Source: an uncultured archaeon (GTDB lineage: Archaea; Asgardarchaeota; Thorarchaeia; Thorarchaeales; Thorarchaeaceae). Taken from it: a stretch of 64,000 bases of DNA. The notes under the pieces were generated by a model that was given only the letters and a program-made list of their open reading frames with translations, had not been told where the DNA came from and searched no databases. The stretch covers positions 1 through 64,000 of the forward strand of contig CAZSWP010000015.1 of assembly GCA_964610875.1 (NCBI GenBank). Direction: 5' to 3'. Each line of letters starts with the position of its first letter. Within the stretch, counting starts at the first letter, position 1. This document shows, piece by piece, positions 18,608 to 30,511 of this stretch. Made by a program: the position numbers and the translations under genes.

Positions 18608-20925
18608 TCCTCTTCATCCTTTTTCTTTCTTTTATGGTCTGGATATTCAACGTTCAATAGTCTTCGAATCCTTCCTGCAATCTTAGGACCTACACCTTTG
18701 ACCTTCTGAAGATCCTCTTTCTTCGCTGAGAAGATATTCTCTAGGGTACCAAATTCGGTAAGAATCGCACGAGATGTCACCGTATCAACGCCAGGAAATC
18801 CTGAGAGTATATATTCCAAAGTTTCTGCATCAGTACCTTTCACATCACCACTTCTGGTTCTCAGCGTCTTTCTCTCGTCAATCTGCTCCATCTTTGCAAT
18901 CCTATATAGAACATTAGCGGTCTCTTCTGCATTCTTAGTCCATATTATTGGCACTTGAATTCTAATAGCAATAGATGCCAATGCGCCATATATTGAAGCA
19001 GGATTGACCGCTCTGAAACCTGTGATTTGCTCTCCTTCAATTATTAGAACAGGTCTTCGGTATGCTAAACGCAATGCACTCAGTTGACTGAAGAGTCTCC
19101 CATCAATCATCGATTGGATAAAATCGTTCGATTCTTTTCGCTCGATGGCCACATCCTCTGAAGCAATATAATCTCCAATCTGTAGACTCTCTCCGGATAT
19201 TTGGATATCCAATCGTGCAAGTTCGCGTGCGACAGCAGTTGGAAGTTCACGTGAGTCGACTATCATTCTGATGCGTTCATCTCCTTCTTGAGATTTGAAA
19301 ACTGGAACAGTTTCTATCTCTTCACCACTATCATCTGATTCAAACTCATCCAGACTCGTTTGACTCTCATCAGGTGCTCGCTCCGCATCTTTCAATGCTT
19401 TTGGCATCTTCTTCAATTTCCTCAACACACTCCAGTGATAGAATTCATCATGTGTCTTCTTTGCTACAAAAATCACCACTCGTCCAGGGGCGTGTCTTCC
19501 TGTACGACCACGACGTTGTATATATGGTACAACAGATGGCACACAATCATAGAAAATAACGAGATTGCACTCGGGGATATCTAATCCCTCTTCTCCAACT
19601 TGTGTTGCGACCAGTACATTGAACTCATTATTTCTGAATCCATCAAGAACCTCTATCTGTTTCTTCTGAGAGAAGCCTTTGTCAGAACCTCTCGAACTTT
19701 GGCCAACAAACCGACTTATTCTTACATCGTCCAATTCTTCAAGTGTTTCCGTTACTTCTGCAGCAGTATCACGAAAACGGGTGAAGATTAGAATCCTAGA
19801 GTCCAAATCTACTGAAAGCTGTTCGCTTACAATCTCTAATAGCAAATCCGCCTTCGGATGTTTATATCCCTTCTTGATCAGTGCTTGTAAAAGACTCTCA
19901 AACTGTTTGAATTCCGCACGGGATATGAGATCTTTAACACCCTTTGAGCTCTTCTTGTTTCTGACCTTTTCATATAACCCCTGAACATACCGGTGGGTTG
20001 GTGCAAGACCCTGTGTTCCTATGAACTCAACAAGATGTACTATTCCCAATGCTGCTGTAAGGTTTCGAATGAGATAGAATAGTTTGGAGGGTGGTTTTGT
20101 ATGACTTCCAATTTCCTTTCTTACTAATTGTAGTACTCTTAGGACCTCTTTCTTACTCATACGTCTACTATTGGGCAGGGAGAATCCATAATCTAATACA
20201 GGTGAAACATAGTCATCTAATAGTGAGTATAGAATGTCTCGTAAGACCTCTATCTCAGAGGTGAGTCGTACATACCGCACATCTGACTCAACTGAAACGA
20301 TGTATTTCTTCACATCCGGACTCTTCTCGGTACGCACTTCAACTCTATGGAGCCGTAGGTTTTGACAAACTGTTCTAATCTTATTTACGTCATGACCTGG
20401 TGAAGCTGTCAAGCCTAGTGATCGGATATTCTTCCCTTGTTTTTCGTATAGTTCTGCAATGAATGTGTAAGCATAGTCTCCTACACCACGGTGAGCTTCA
20501 TCATAGACTACCAATGACACCTCTGAGAGGTCATAGCTGTTCTGTACCAAGTCGTTCTGAAGTGATTGTGGAGTCATGGCTGCGACTCGTATACTCTTCC
20601 ATGCTTCTTTCCTCTTTTCGGGTCCATCAGTACCAGTCAAGCAAACAACTTGCTCCTTCTCCAGATCCAATACTCTCCTCAGAAAACGGGCTTGTTGGTC
20701 TGCAAGAGGTCTTGAAGGAGCAAGGAACAATACTTTGGACTCTGGGTATTTGTCAAGACGTAATGCAGTCGCAAGTACTGCTATGACCGTTTTTCCCAGA
20801 CCTGTACTTAACACAACTAAAGTATCCTCTTTACTAGAAATTTCTGCAAGATTGACCTGATACTCTCTGAAACCAATGGAGTCTTCTCGTATCAAAGGCC
20901 ATTGTGAGAGTTTGTTCTCTTGCAT
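18604..20925 (-). CDS. hef: Hef helicase-ERCC4 nuclease (FANCM/XPF-like)
   Basis: TGLGKT, DEAH, TASPG, QRRGRTGR, VDSRE, GDY..ERK, HhH tail. Confidence 0.96.
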   Translation of the reverse strand: MQENKLSQWPLIREDSIGFREYQVNLAEISSKEDTLVVLSTGLGKTVIAVLATALRLDKYPESKVLFLAPSRPLADQQARFLRRVLDLEKEQVVCLTGTDGPEKRKEAWKSIRVAAMTPQSLQNDLVQNSYDLSEVSLVVYDEAHRGVGDYAYTFIAELYEKQGKNIRSLGLTASPGHDVNKIRTVCQNLRLHRVEVRTEKSPDVKKYIVSVESDVRYVRLTSEIEVLRDILYSLLDDYVSPVLDYGFSLPNSRRMSKKEVLRVLQLVRKEIGSHTKPPSKLFYLIRNLTAALGIVHLVEFIGTQGLAPTHRYVQGLYEKVRNKKSSKGVKDLISRAEFKQFESLLQALIKKGYKHPKADLLLEIVSEQLSVDLDSRILIFTRFRDTAAEVTETLEELDDVRISRFVGQSSRGSDKGFSQKKQIEVLDGFRNNEFNVLVATQVGEEGLDIPECNLVIFYDCVPSVVPYIQRRGRTGRHAPGRVVIFVAKKTHDEFYHWSVLRKLKKMPKALKDAERAPDESQTSLDEFESDDSGEEIETVPVFKSQEGDERIRMIVDSRELPTAVARELARLDIQISGESLQIGDYIASEDVAIERKESNDFIQSMIDGRLFSQLSALRLAYRRPVLIIEGEQITGFRAVNPASIYGALASIAIRIQVPIIWTKNAEETANVLYRIAKMEQIDERKTLRTRSGDVKGTDAETLEYILSGFPGVDTVTSRAILTEFGTLENIFSAKKEDLQKVKGVGPKIAGRIRRLLNVEYPDHKRKKKDEED

Positions 20926-21073
20926 TCAGTTTTCCTCTATATTGTCTTCTTTAATCACATAATTTTGAATGGTCCTTAAGTCTTCATCTACAACTCGGTC
21001 TTGCTATCTATTAGAGTAATACACACTGTAAAAAGCTCCTGCCACTCATGAATAGACTAGGAGCCGACAACAT

Positions 21074-21406
21074 ATGAGCGATAAGGACTCTATGCCCACA
21101 ATTGAAGCTGAACTGTATGAGCTCAGTATGCCTGGAAGAATACTTGGAAAAGAGGTACTCGATAGTAGGGCCAAGCGTATTGGTATTGTGAGAAGTATCA
21201 GAATATCGTTGAATCCTACACGTTCTGAGCTAATTGTAAAAGGCGCTGAAGTTGAATTTCCTGTAGATTTCAGTAAAGTTGATGCAGTCGGCACGGTAGT
21301 TCAACTCAACTCTGTAGTCAAAGACGCAGAAGAGATTGAGATTCATGATGTAATGCGCCTTCAAAAAGAGGTATTGGATGACATCCGAAGTTATCTCGGC
21401 GGATGA
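21074..21406 (+). CDS. PRC-barrel domain protein
   Basis: ILGKEVLDSRAKRIGIV...VDAVGTVV. Confidence 0.75.
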   Translation: MSDKDSMPTIEAELYELSMPGRILGKEVLDSRAKRIGIVRSIRISLNPTRSELIVKGAEVEFPVDFSKVDAVGTVVQLNSVVKDAEEIEIHDVMRLQKEVLDDIRSYLGG

Positions 21407-21477
21407 TGATATAGATTATCTCCTTCCGAAGGTGTTAATAACTCCGGCATTGTTTTCACATGGTCGGAGTGATTCCC

Positions 21478-22299
21478 ATGGATGTCACAGTGGAACAGCT
21501 CGCTCAAATGATTGATCACACCGTTTTGAAACCTGAAACGACACGGAGTAAGGTCAAACAGATTTGTGACGAAGCACTCGCCTACAATTTTGGAGCAGTC
21601 TGTATCAATCCTGTTCAAGTGAAGTATGCAGCTGAACTGCTTGAGGGCTCTTCTGTAAAGGTGTGTTCGGTCGTTGGATTTCCTTTGGGTGCAAGTCTTT
21701 CTGAAACAAAAGCATTCGAAGCAAAACAGGCAGTCAAACAAGGTGCTCATGAAATAGACATGGTCATGAACATTGGTGCTTTCCGTGATGGCAATTACGA
21801 ACTGGTGCAGAGTGATATTGAAGATGTTGTGTCTGCGTCTGGTGATACACACGTAAAAGTGATTCTGGAAACAGGTTATTTGATAGATGAAGAGAAGGTG
21901 AAAGCCTGCCTAATTTGTAAGGATGCGGGAGCTGATTTTGTAAAGACTTCAACTGGCTTTGGACCGATGGGTGCCACACCGCATGATGTCCGGTTAATGC
22001 GAGAAACCGTTGGTCCGAAAATGGGTGTAAAAGCTGCTGGTGGGATACGAAACTTCAAAGATGCAATAAAAATGATTGAAGCCGGTGCTACCCGTCTTGG
22101 AGCCAGTGCAGGAGTTGCCATAATTGAGGATTACAGGTGGGCAAAATACTCTGACGCTTGGATGACCCCCGACAAGCCGTGTTGGGATTGTCCAAGTAGG
22201 CATGCTAATATTGGTAAGCAACCAAAGGATGTCTATTTGTGGTATAAACAGCGTTGCATAACCTGTCCACATAAAGAGCACAACATATTCAATGACTAG
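21478..22299 (+). CDS. deoC: Deoxyribose-phosphate aldolase with C-terminal Cys-rich extension
   Basis: [49 protein letters not shown]. Confidence 0.96.
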   Translation: MDVTVEQLAQMIDHTVLKPETTRSKVKQICDEALAYNFGAVCINPVQVKYAAELLEGSSVKVCSVVGFPLGASLSETKAFEAKQAVKQGAHEIDMVMNIGAFRDGNYELVQSDIEDVVSASGDTHVKVILETGYLIDEEKVKACLICKDAGADFVKTSTGFGPMGATPHDVRLMRETVGPKMGVKAAGGIRNFKDAIKMIEAGATRLGASAGVAIIEDYRWAKYSDAWMTPDKPCWDCPSRHANIGKQPKDVYLWYKQRCITCPHKEHNIFND

Positions 22300-22311
22300 G
22301 AGGAGTATGAA

Positions 22312-24102
22312 TTGGCTGAAACAAAATCCAACATAACCGACGCTTCAATATTATTCATTTCACTTACTGATAGAAGCTATCGTACTGAACCCATTTCCAA
22401 AGACCTATTGAAACAGTTCCTTGGTGGTCGTGGGCTTGGAGTCAAGATGCTCTATGATTCGCTTCCTCCAAAGACCGATTCTTTATCTCCTGAAAACTCA
22501 TTGATTTTTGCTGTCGGGCCTGTCACATCAATGCCTGTACCGACTGCAGGGCGATTGGCTATAATCACAAAATCACCTCTAACTGGGACTGTTGTTGATT
22601 CAAATGTAGGCGGATATATTGGTAATCAAATACGCAGAGCAGGATATCTTGCCATAGTGTTTGAAGGAAAGGCAAACAAACCTGTTTACGTTTGGATAAA
22701 TGATGGTGCAGTTGAGATACGTGATGCAACAAAAGTGTGGGGTACGGAGGTTTCAGAAACAACAGATATTCTCCTCAAGGAAACAAGTGATAATGCACAG
22801 GTTGCATGTATTGGTCCTTCGGGAGAAAACCTGGTGCCACTCGCAGCTATTATGACCGACAAACATCGTGCTGCTGGAAGAGGCGGAGTTGGTACGGTCA
22901 TGGGTTCTAAAAATCTGAAGGCTGTAGTCGTTCAAGGTTCTGGTAAAATAGAAGCAGCAGAACCTGAGGCTCTATCGGAGGTTACTAAACGTGCAAGACA
23001 TCTCATCAAGAAGAATGGAGTCACCAGTAAGTCACTACCCGTATATGGTACTGCAGTATTGGTGAACGTCACTAACGAGCTAGGTATGTTACCCACGCAC
23101 AATTTCCAAGAAGGCACCTTCAATGATGCAGAAGGTGTTTCAGGAGAAAAATTGTTAGAACGGCTATCAATTCGGACCTATAATTGCTACGCATGTCCCA
23201 TTGGCTGTGGAAGAATAAGTAAGATCAAGGAGAGAGAAGTTGGTGGCCCTGAGTATGAAACCATATGGGCATTAGGCCCACAATGTGGCATTAGTGATTT
23301 GGAGTGGGTCACTGAAGCAAATGATAGATGCAATGAATTGGGAATGGATACAATATCTGTTGGAAGCACCATCGGGTGTGCAATGGAGCTTGCAGAGAAA
23401 GGGAATATGAAGGAACAATTGAAGTTTGGAAAGACGGAGGGACTTCTCAGAATAATTGAAGACATGGCACACATGCGTGGAATAGGTGCTGATTTGGCTC
23501 AAGGGTCAAAGAAATTATCAGAGAAATATGGGGCACCAGAACTTGCTATGCATGTCAAAGGATTAGAAATTCCTGCATACGACCCTCGTGGTGTCCAAGG
23601 GCATGCTTTAGGATACGCCACGTCCAATCGTGGGGGCTGTCATCTGCGTTCATATTTGATAGGACCTGAAGTATTAGGCTCTCCTGTGCTTGTTGATAGG
23701 GATAAGACAGAAGGAAAAGCGAACTTGGTCATTCTCTTTCAAAATCTGTCTGCTGCTATGGACTCGATGGTAGTCTGCAGATTCACCAACTTTGCTTGGA
23801 CTGTTGATGACTATGCTGACATTGTTTCTGCAGGGACTGGATTAGATATTAACGGTGAGGAGTTATTGAAGATTGGAGAGAGGATATGGACCCTTGAAAG
23901 ACAGTTCAATAAACGTGAGGGGTTCACATCAAAAGATGATACTCTCCCATCTCGATTCTTTGAACCACTTCCTGAAGGTGGCTCACGTAGTCGGGTAGTC
24001 CATCTGGATGAAATGAAGGATGAATATTATAGGCTGAGAGAATATGATGATCATGGACATCCTACTGATGCACTCTTGAAGAGATTAGAGCTTGGTACAT
24101 AA
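22312..24102 (+). CDS. aor: Tungsten aldehyde:ferredoxin oxidoreductase
   Basis: LGGRGLG, KSPLTG, GRGGVGTVMGSKNLKAV, C..CPIGC, PEYET, GMDTIS, YDPRG, RGGCH. Confidence 0.95.
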   Translation: MAETKSNITDASILFISLTDRSYRTEPISKDLLKQFLGGRGLGVKMLYDSLPPKTDSLSPENSLIFAVGPVTSMPVPTAGRLAIITKSPLTGTVVDSNVGGYIGNQIRRAGYLAIVFEGKANKPVYVWINDGAVEIRDATKVWGTEVSETTDILLKETSDNAQVACIGPSGENLVPLAAIMTDKHRAAGRGGVGTVMGSKNLKAVVVQGSGKIEAAEPEALSEVTKRARHLIKKNGVTSKSLPVYGTAVLVNVTNELGMLPTHNFQEGTFNDAEGVSGEKLLERLSIRTYNCYACPIGCGRISKIKEREVGGPEYETIWALGPQCGISDLEWVTEANDRCNELGMDTISVGSTIGCAMELAEKGNMKEQLKFGKTEGLLRIIEDMAHMRGIGADLAQGSKKLSEKYGAPELAMHVKGLEIPAYDPRGVQGHALGYATSNRGGCHLRSYLIGPEVLGSPVLVDRDKTEGKANLVILFQNLSAAMDSMVVCRFTNFAWTVDDYADIVSAGTGLDINGEELLKIGERIWTLERQFNKREGFTSKDDTLPSRFFEPLPEGGSRSRVVHLDEMKDEYYRLREYDDHGHPTDALLKRLELGT

Positions 24103-26116
24103 CAATAAAACGATATTCAAAACATATCCGGATTTCTTTATCATAGATGGAGTCTTGGTTCAACTGGCACGAAAAAGAAGGAAAGGCAAAAGATTTCGAA
24201 GAAGCCATGCCCCCTATTTAGCAAAGATACGTTTCTATTGGTGTGACACATGTAATGTCCCTAGAATAGCTGATACCTCATGTAGTATATGTCATGCACA
24301 ACCAAGAGAAGTTCAACTTTCCCCACCTGGCGATCCGTTTCCAGCTATGGATGGTCATCTTGAAAATACTATTTTCACAATAGATGCACAATTCGGTAGA
24401 GGTGTTGGCGAAAAAATCCTTCCTCCTAACAAGACCATTGTAATGAATAAAGTATCATCCCTTGATGCAATGTATGAGGTTATTCTTGATGGACAGATAA
24501 TTGGACGATTACGCTATGACATTCCCAAAAAAAGGTACAAGTTCATTCTCTCATTGGAAGGCGGAAGGAGAATTGGCGAAATAAGCCACCAAAAATGGGT
24601 CACTTGTGATGATGGTGTACTGAAATTTTTAAAAAATGGCGCTAATCTACTAGTACCAGGAATCATTGGCTGTGACTCTGAGATAGAGGTAGGGGATGAA
24701 GTATGGGTCACTGATACAAATGGTGTTGTTATTGCCGTAGGTATTGCTAGAATGACTGGTTCAGAAATTGCTCAGAGTGAGAAAGGATTTGCAATAAAAA
24801 TCAGAGAGGTTGATGACCCGAGACCTCCAAATAGTAACAACACACTGGCATCATGGGATGTTGTAGTTACTGCCAATACACATGACTTGGATAAAATTGA
24901 GAGCGAAGCAATGGGATTTGTAAAGAAAATCAGCTTTAAGAACCCAGGAAAAATAGTAGTTGGATTTAGTGGAGGTAAAGACTCACTAGCAACATATCTT
25001 GTCGTTGAAAAGGCATTAGAGGAAACCCCAAAGCTATTCTTTGTAGATACTGGTATCGAACTTCCTGAAACGGTCGAGTATATTCGTGAATTTGCCAAGA
25101 GTCGGGGGGTCGAAATCATCGGAGAAGAAGCAGGTGAGCGATTTTGGGAATCTCTTGCTACATTCGGTCCACCTGCAAGGGACTTTCGATGGTGTTGTAA
25201 AGTATTGAAACTCGGACCCGCTGCGACATCCATCTCTGAGAAGCTAGATGGTGAAACACTCTCATTCATGGGTCAAAGAAAACTGGAGTCATTCAAACGT
25301 TCTATTGAGCCGCGTGTCAGTTCCAATCCTTGGGTACCTGGACAGAAATCAGCTAATCCAATCCAAAACTGGAATGCCCTCGAAGTCTGGCTCTATATCT
25401 TCAGAGAGAAAGCTCCGTTTAATCCACTATACAACCAAGGGTATCACAGAATGGGTTGCTATCTATGTCCCTCGTCCCCCCTTGCAGAACTTGACCGACT
25501 CAAAAAAAGCCATCCTGCATTATATCAGAGGTGGCGATTAAGTCTTCTAGAATGGGCTGAAAAATTCGGTTATCCAGAAGAATGGGTTGATCATGGATTT
25601 TGGCGATGGAAGAAATTACCTCAAGGGCAATTGAAAGTCATCAACAAAATGGGACTTGATATCGCATCAGAAAGGGGATCGACCGTAGAACGGTTAGAAT
25701 TGGATACTGCACAGGGAGTTGCTCCTTGCACATCTACAACTTATAGTCTGGAGGGACAATTCAATCAAGGCCTTGATTTGAATAGGGTCTCGAAAATTAC
25801 TCCAATCTTTGGGAAGTCCCGAATGTCTGAGGAGTTAGGCGCACTCAAAATAAATGCGGGTGAGAATACAATCTCTCTTTTCAGTTCTGGATCTCTGGTA
25901 ATTCGTGGTGAAGATGATAAATTAATAACCATGACTGCTGAACGTATTGAGAGGGCAGTTAAACGTGCACTCTTTTGTCAAGCATGTGGGTCTTGTGTAC
26001 CACAATGTGAACAAGGCGCATTATCCCTTACAGACGGAAAGATTTGTGTGGATAAAGAGAAATGTACGGGCTGTTTACAGTGTGATAATTGGCCCTGTCC
26101 AACATATCTCACCTAG
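24092..26116 (+). CDS. PAPS-reductase/PP-loop family protein with Zn ribbon, PUA and C-terminal 4Fe-4S domains
   Basis: WCDTCNVP, PUA (NGANLLVPGI), FSGGKDS, RWCCKVLK, GCYLCP, CQACGSC/CTGCLQC; start uncertain. Confidence 0.88.
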   Translation: MVHNNKTIFKTYPDFFIIDGVLVQLARKRRKGKRFRRSHAPYLAKIRFYWCDTCNVPRIADTSCSICHAQPREVQLSPPGDPFPAMDGHLENTIFTIDAQFGRGVGEKILPPNKTIVMNKVSSLDAMYEVILDGQIIGRLRYDIPKKRYKFILSLEGGRRIGEISHQKWVTCDDGVLKFLKNGANLLVPGIIGCDSEIEVGDEVWVTDTNGVVIAVGIARMTGSEIAQSEKGFAIKIREVDDPRPPNSNNTLASWDVVVTANTHDLDKIESEAMGFVKKISFKNPGKIVVGFSGGKDSLATYLVVEKALEETPKLFFVDTGIELPETVEYIREFAKSRGVEIIGEEAGERFWESLATFGPPARDFRWCCKVLKLGPAATSISEKLDGETLSFMGQRKLESFKRSIEPRVSSNPWVPGQKSANPIQNWNALEVWLYIFREKAPFNPLYNQGYHRMGCYLCPSSPLAELDRLKKSHPALYQRWRLSLLEWAEKFGYPEEWVDHGFWRWKKLPQGQLKVINKMGLDIASERGSTVERLELDTAQGVAPCTSTTYSLEGQFNQGLDLNRVSKITPIFGKSRMSEELGALKINAGENTISLFSSGSLVIRGEDDKLITMTAERIERAVKRALFCQACGSCVPQCEQGALSLTDGKICVDKEKCTGCLQCDNWPCPTYLT

Positions 26117-26200
26117 ATTTTTCTGACAAAAGAGTTAATTGTCACTCGCGCTCAGCATTCACCTAAGTACCAAATCCAATATCTCTGCGAGGTCTGAAAC

Positions 26201-27544
26201 ATGCTACGCTCGATGTCGTTCAAAATCCATGAGATGCGGCGATATCTTATCCTTAGTCTAGTAGTATCAATGATTGCTATTCCAATTGCAGACTCGCTTG
26301 TCATTCAAAGAGATAGAAATCGGAATGAGATGTATGGCGAAGGTTTCTGGATATACGGGTTCCAAGTCTATGAAATGACCGACAGTGAACTTTCTGAGAA
26401 GATGGGTCCTCCCTACAATGACGGTGATCATACTCTCCCTGATTATCTTGGCAATATCACGTACGAATATCCTGTCTTCGGACTCATATTCTTCGCCATC
26501 GCTACGTGGTTATATCCGGGAGTGGGAGGTTTTCAGCCGCTTTGGTTGAATTTCATTCTTGTACTCGTATTCAACCTGAATCTTGTATTGATTGCCATTC
26601 TTCTTCGCGATAAAATTTACAATGTACGTTGGGCAAGACTATTCTTTGCAGGATACTTCATCTATGGTCTAATAATGTCCGCAGGTGGCGGAAAACTCGA
26701 GCCTATCACTGACTGTCTACTCTTAATGGCTCTAGTACTTCGACAAGAGGAACAAAATGGCAAAGCAATGTTCACACTCGGTCTATCAGTTCAGACTAAA
26801 ATCTATCCTGTAGTGGCATTACCGATCCTCTTTCTTGCTGCCCCTACCTCAATAATCTGGTTTCTCGTTTCAACCCTTCTCACTGTCATCCCGTTTCTGT
26901 TTCTTGATGTAGGGTTTGATTCCCTATTAGAGCACTTTCTGAATACATCAAACTACAGCACTTATACAGTCAATCCTATGTATCCAGGGTTAGGTTTCTC
27001 AACAAGAGACTTATCCTCTGCAACTTCATCTTTCTACCTTTGGCCCCCTGCATTCATTCCTTTGGTCATCTATGTGGCATTTATGCTCTACACGATACAA
27101 ATATACTTACCACAATGGTCTAAAATCAAGCAAGAAAAAACGTGGCTTGAACGTTTCAGGAAGCTGATACCACTCTATGTGTACTGTATTCCAGCTATTC
27201 TTTTCCTATTCAGATGGGTCATGCCGTGGTACCTTTTCTGGTTTGGCATATTCATATTTCTCTTTGATGACGACGAACGGTCAATAGGATATCTCAAGGA
27301 GATAACAATAGTAGGTTTTGTGTATACATTCGGTGTCATCTGTAACTGGATATATTTCTCCACAGGGCCTCTAATTGATTTCGCGGAACATTTCATTCTA
27401 GGATGGTGGACTATTCCTCGATTGGGTCTTCTTGTTGTTATAGCAGCATGCATCTTCTTTGTATGGAAGTATACCTTTGATTATATTGAGAACCGAGCTC
27501 GAGTCTTACATGAGGCTGAATCTAGAGGAGAACTCGTTATCTAG
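26201..27544 (+). CDS. Polytopic membrane protein, GT-C/GT87-like glycosyltransferase
   Basis: About 11 TM segments; YEYP, KIYP and PWY motifs typical of GT87/DUF2029. Confidence 0.65.
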   Translation: MLRSMSFKIHEMRRYLILSLVVSMIAIPIADSLVIQRDRNRNEMYGEGFWIYGFQVYEMTDSELSEKMGPPYNDGDHTLPDYLGNITYEYPVFGLIFFAIATWLYPGVGGFQPLWLNFILVLVFNLNLVLIAILLRDKIYNVRWARLFFAGYFIYGLIMSAGGGKLEPITDCLLLMALVLRQEEQNGKAMFTLGLSVQTKIYPVVALPILFLAAPTSIIWFLVSTLLTVIPFLFLDVGFDSLLEHFLNTSNYSTYTVNPMYPGLGFSTRDLSSATSSFYLWPPAFIPLVIYVAFMLYTIQIYLPQWSKIKQEKTWLERFRKLIPLYVYCIPAILFLFRWVMPWYLFWFGIFIFLFDDDERSIGYLKEITIVGFVYTFGVICNWIYFSTGPLIDFAEHFILGWWTIPRLGLLVVIAACIFFVWKYTFDYIENRARVLHEAESRGELVI

Positions 27545-28007
27545 CTCGACCATTCTCCCTGTAATAATCAATAATCCTTTTTCTTATCAAGGTTGAAGAA
27601 CATAGACCATCAGCATCTCTCTTTTCCAACCTCGCAATCTCCACATCAAGACCCCTATTAATGAGAGATTTCTGAAGCTCATTGGTGTCCTTCATTTGGT
27701 CATAGCCAAGAGCAAGAATATCTGGTTGAATATCCGCAATAATTTGAGAAGGGTCTTGTGTGTTATATCCAAGAACAGCTCTATCAACAATAGCAAGAGC
27801 TTCCACAATTCTTCTTCTTTGGGAATCTGGAAATACCGGAGGAGCTCCTCTCTCACGTTGAATTGTTTCGTCCAGTGCAATCACGACAACGAGTTCTCCA
27901 TCATGCCCCGCCAGTTCACGTGCCTGTTCGAGATATGCGATATGTCCTAGATGAAGAATGTCGAACTTGCCAGCTGCTAATACTCTCTTTTTTACCAAGT
28001 CTCCCAC
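27537..28007 (-). CDS. ribL: FAD synthase (cytidyltransferase family)
   Basis: AGKFDILHLGH, PDILALGYDQ, SSTLIR. Confidence 0.85.
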   Translation of the reverse strand: MGDLVKKRVLAAGKFDILHLGHIAYLEQARELAGHDGELVVVIALDETIQRERGAPPVFPDSQRRRIVEALAIVDRAVLGYNTQDPSQIIADIQPDILALGYDQMKDTNELQKSLINRGLDVEIARLEKRDADGLCSSTLIRKRIIDYYRENGRAR

Positions 28008-28028
28008 ACATCCTAGGAGTCGAGAATA

Positions 28029-28289
28029 CTAATCCTCATCGACTGCCAAGAATTCATGTCCTTCAGTGATTACTTCTATTCGTCTTTTTGTTTTAGTAAT
28101 TTGACTGACATGTACCAGTCCATTTATCTCCAACTGAAGGAGCGCAGAATTCAGTTCTGCGTCACTTGGTTCTGATCCTATCTCCTTTTTTAAGGCTCTT
28201 ACAAGTTCATCATCTAATATGACTCCACGTCTCTTCTGGAGAACAGTCACAATCAAATTTCGAAGGGGCATTGCATTCCATGGTGCCAA
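28029..28289 (-). CDS. Conserved small winged-helix-like protein downstream of cdc48
   Basis: ELNSALLQLEINGLVHV pattern; AAGGTGA SD. Confidence 0.75.
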   Translation of the reverse strand: MAPWNAMPLRNLIVTVLQKRRGVILDDELVRALKKEIGSEPSDAELNSALLQLEINGLVHVSQITKTKRRIEVITEGHEFLAVDED

Positions 28290-28306
28290 TTGAATTCACC
28301 TTGATT

Positions 28307-30511
28307 TTATCCATAGTATGTTTGTTCCGCTGTAACCATTGCGGTTTTTCGCATTTCTTGATGCATCTTCTCATACCTGTCAATTATTTCCTTACTTATA
28401 GATGGATTCATTGATTTGAGAGCTAGTTCAAAATGACGCCATCCTATTTTTTCTATGTCTACATCTTCTCGAAGTGCTCTCATCCCTGCTTCTCGACAGA
28501 GAGCTTCAATATCTCCCCCTGTGAAGTTCTCAGTTTCTTCAACAAGACGATCCAAATCTACATCATCATCTAAGGGCATATCTTTGACATAGATTGCAAA
28601 AATCTTCCTTCTGCTATCTTTGTTTGGCGCTCCAACATATACGAATCTATCAAATCGTCCAGTTCGTTTCAATGCCGGGTCGATGAGTTCAGGTCTGTTT
28701 GTTGCGGCAACTACAATAATGTCCTTCATTGATTCAAGTCCATCCATCTCCGTTAAGAGTTGGCTTATCACTCTCTCAGTCACATGACTGTCACCAGCAC
28801 TTCGTCCACGTGTTGGAGCAAGAGCGTCAATCTCATCAAAGAATATTATCGCTGGAGCGGCGGTTCGTGCTTTGCGAAAGACTTCTCGTATTGCTTTTTC
28901 ACTCTCCCCAACCCATTTTGAGAGTAATTCTGGGCCCTTCACACTAATGAAGTTGGCATCACTCTCAGTAGCTACAGCACGAGCAAGCAATGTCTTTCCA
29001 CATCCAGGAGGACCAAATATTAGCACTCCTTTTGGTGGGCTTATACCTATCCTAGAGAATGAATGGGGTCTTTGTAATGGCCATTCAACAACCTCAATGA
29101 GCTCTTCTTTTTCTGCCTCAAGGCCTCCTATGTCACTCCATTTCACATCAGGGATTTCAACAAAAACCTCTCTAACAGCTGAAGGTTGGATTTCTCTCAT
29201 TGCACCATGGAAGTCTTCGAAATTGACTTCGAGTTCGTCAAGAACATCTTGAGGGATTTCTTCATCTTCAAGATTGATATGTGGCAGGTATCGTCGAAGT
29301 GCTTTCATTGCAGCTTCTCTACATAACGCTTGAAGGTCCGCACCAACAAAACCGTGAGTGATTTTAGCTATATTCTCAAGACTGACCACATTTTTTCCTT
29401 CCGTTGTAAGTGGCATACCTCGAGAATGAATATGTAGAATTTCTAATCTCCCAATCTCGTCCGGAACACCAATCTCAAGCTCACGGTCAAATCTTCCAGG
29501 ACGTCTCAATGCTGGATCGAGAGCATTTATTCTGTTTGTTGCACCAATAACAATGACCTGCCCTCGTGCTTTTAGACCATCCATTGTTGCTAGTAGTTGT
29601 GCAACTACTCGTCGTTCAACTTCTCCTTGGACATCTTCTCGTTTTGGTGCAATGGCATCAAGTTCATCTATGAATATAATACTTGGAGCATTCTCTTCTG
29701 CATCTTCAAAGATCTTCCTTAGTTTCTGTTCAGATTCACCATAAAACTTGGACATGATCTCGGGACCATTGATATGAATGAAGTTTGCTTCGGACTCTGT
29801 GGCAACTGCCTTTGCTAAGAGAGTCTTTCCTGTGCCTGGAGGTCCATGCAAGATAAGTCCTCTTGGTGGATCAATTCCCAAACGTTTGAATATCTCTGGG
29901 TGACGCATTGGAAGCTCGACCATCTCTCTAATTCTCTGAATTGGTTCTGATAATCCTCCAATCTCTTCGTAAGTGACTTGTGAAGTGCCTGCTGTTTCAC
30001 CTGTTGGTTTCTCAGCTATCGTCAAAATGGTTGAGTGTTGAACAACAACAGTACCTGCGGGTTTTACAGAGGTCACCTTGAATGGAATTGCTCTACCAAG
30101 AATTGGTATGAAAACCGTGTCCTGCAGAGTCACAGGACAGTTCAATAATTTCCTTTTGACAAACTCTTCAAATCTTGGTTCTGGACGAATCGGAACTGAA
30201 GTTGGCGCAAGTGTAACATTCCTTGCAGGTTCTTCATTTGCTTTTGAAACAGTGACTTTCTCGCTAAGACTAATTCCTGCATTTCGGCGAATTCTACCAT
30301 CCATGCGAATAATCTCTCTACCCTTGTCTCCTTGATATGCTGGCCACGCAATCGCAGCTGTCACTCGCTTTCCTTTTATTTGAATGATGTCACCTGTTCT
30401 GACACCAAGTTTCTCCATAGATACCGCATCTATTCTAACGATGAATCTACCTATGTCCCTATGCTCGGCTTCTGCCACCTTTAATACAACTTCGACCACT
30501 TGCGATCGCAT
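28307..30511 (-). CDS. cdc48: CDC48/VCP/VAT AAA+ ATPase
   Basis: N-domain, two AAA modules ([23 protein letters not shown]), C-terminal TYYG. Confidence 0.97.
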   Translation of the reverse strand: MRSQVVEVVLKVAEAEHRDIGRFIVRIDAVSMEKLGVRTGDIIQIKGKRVTAAIAWPAYQGDKGREIIRMDGRIRRNAGISLSEKVTVSKANEEPARNVTLAPTSVPIRPEPRFEEFVKRKLLNCPVTLQDTVFIPILGRAIPFKVTSVKPAGTVVVQHSTILTIAEKPTGETAGTSQVTYEEIGGLSEPIQRIREMVELPMRHPEIFKRLGIDPPRGLILHGPPGTGKTLLAKAVATESEANFIHINGPEIMSKFYGESEQKLRKIFEDAEENAPSIIFIDELDAIAPKREDVQGEVERRVVAQLLATMDGLKARGQVIVIGATNRINALDPALRRPGRFDRELEIGVPDEIGRLEILHIHSRGMPLTTEGKNVVSLENIAKITHGFVGADLQALCREAAMKALRRYLPHINLEDEEIPQDVLDELEVNFEDFHGAMREIQPSAVREVFVEIPDVKWSDIGGLEAEKEELIEVVEWPLQRPHSFSRIGISPPKGVLIFGPPGCGKTLLARAVATESDANFISVKGPELLSKWVGESEKAIREVFRKARTAAPAIIFFDEIDALAPTRGRSAGDSHVTERVISQLLTEMDGLESMKDIIVVAATNRPELIDPALKRTGRFDRFVYVGAPNKDSRRKIFAIYVKDMPLDDDVDLDRLVEETENFTGGDIEALCREAGMRALREDVDIEKIGWRHFELALKSMNPSISKEIIDRYEKMHQEMRKTAMVTAEQTYYG

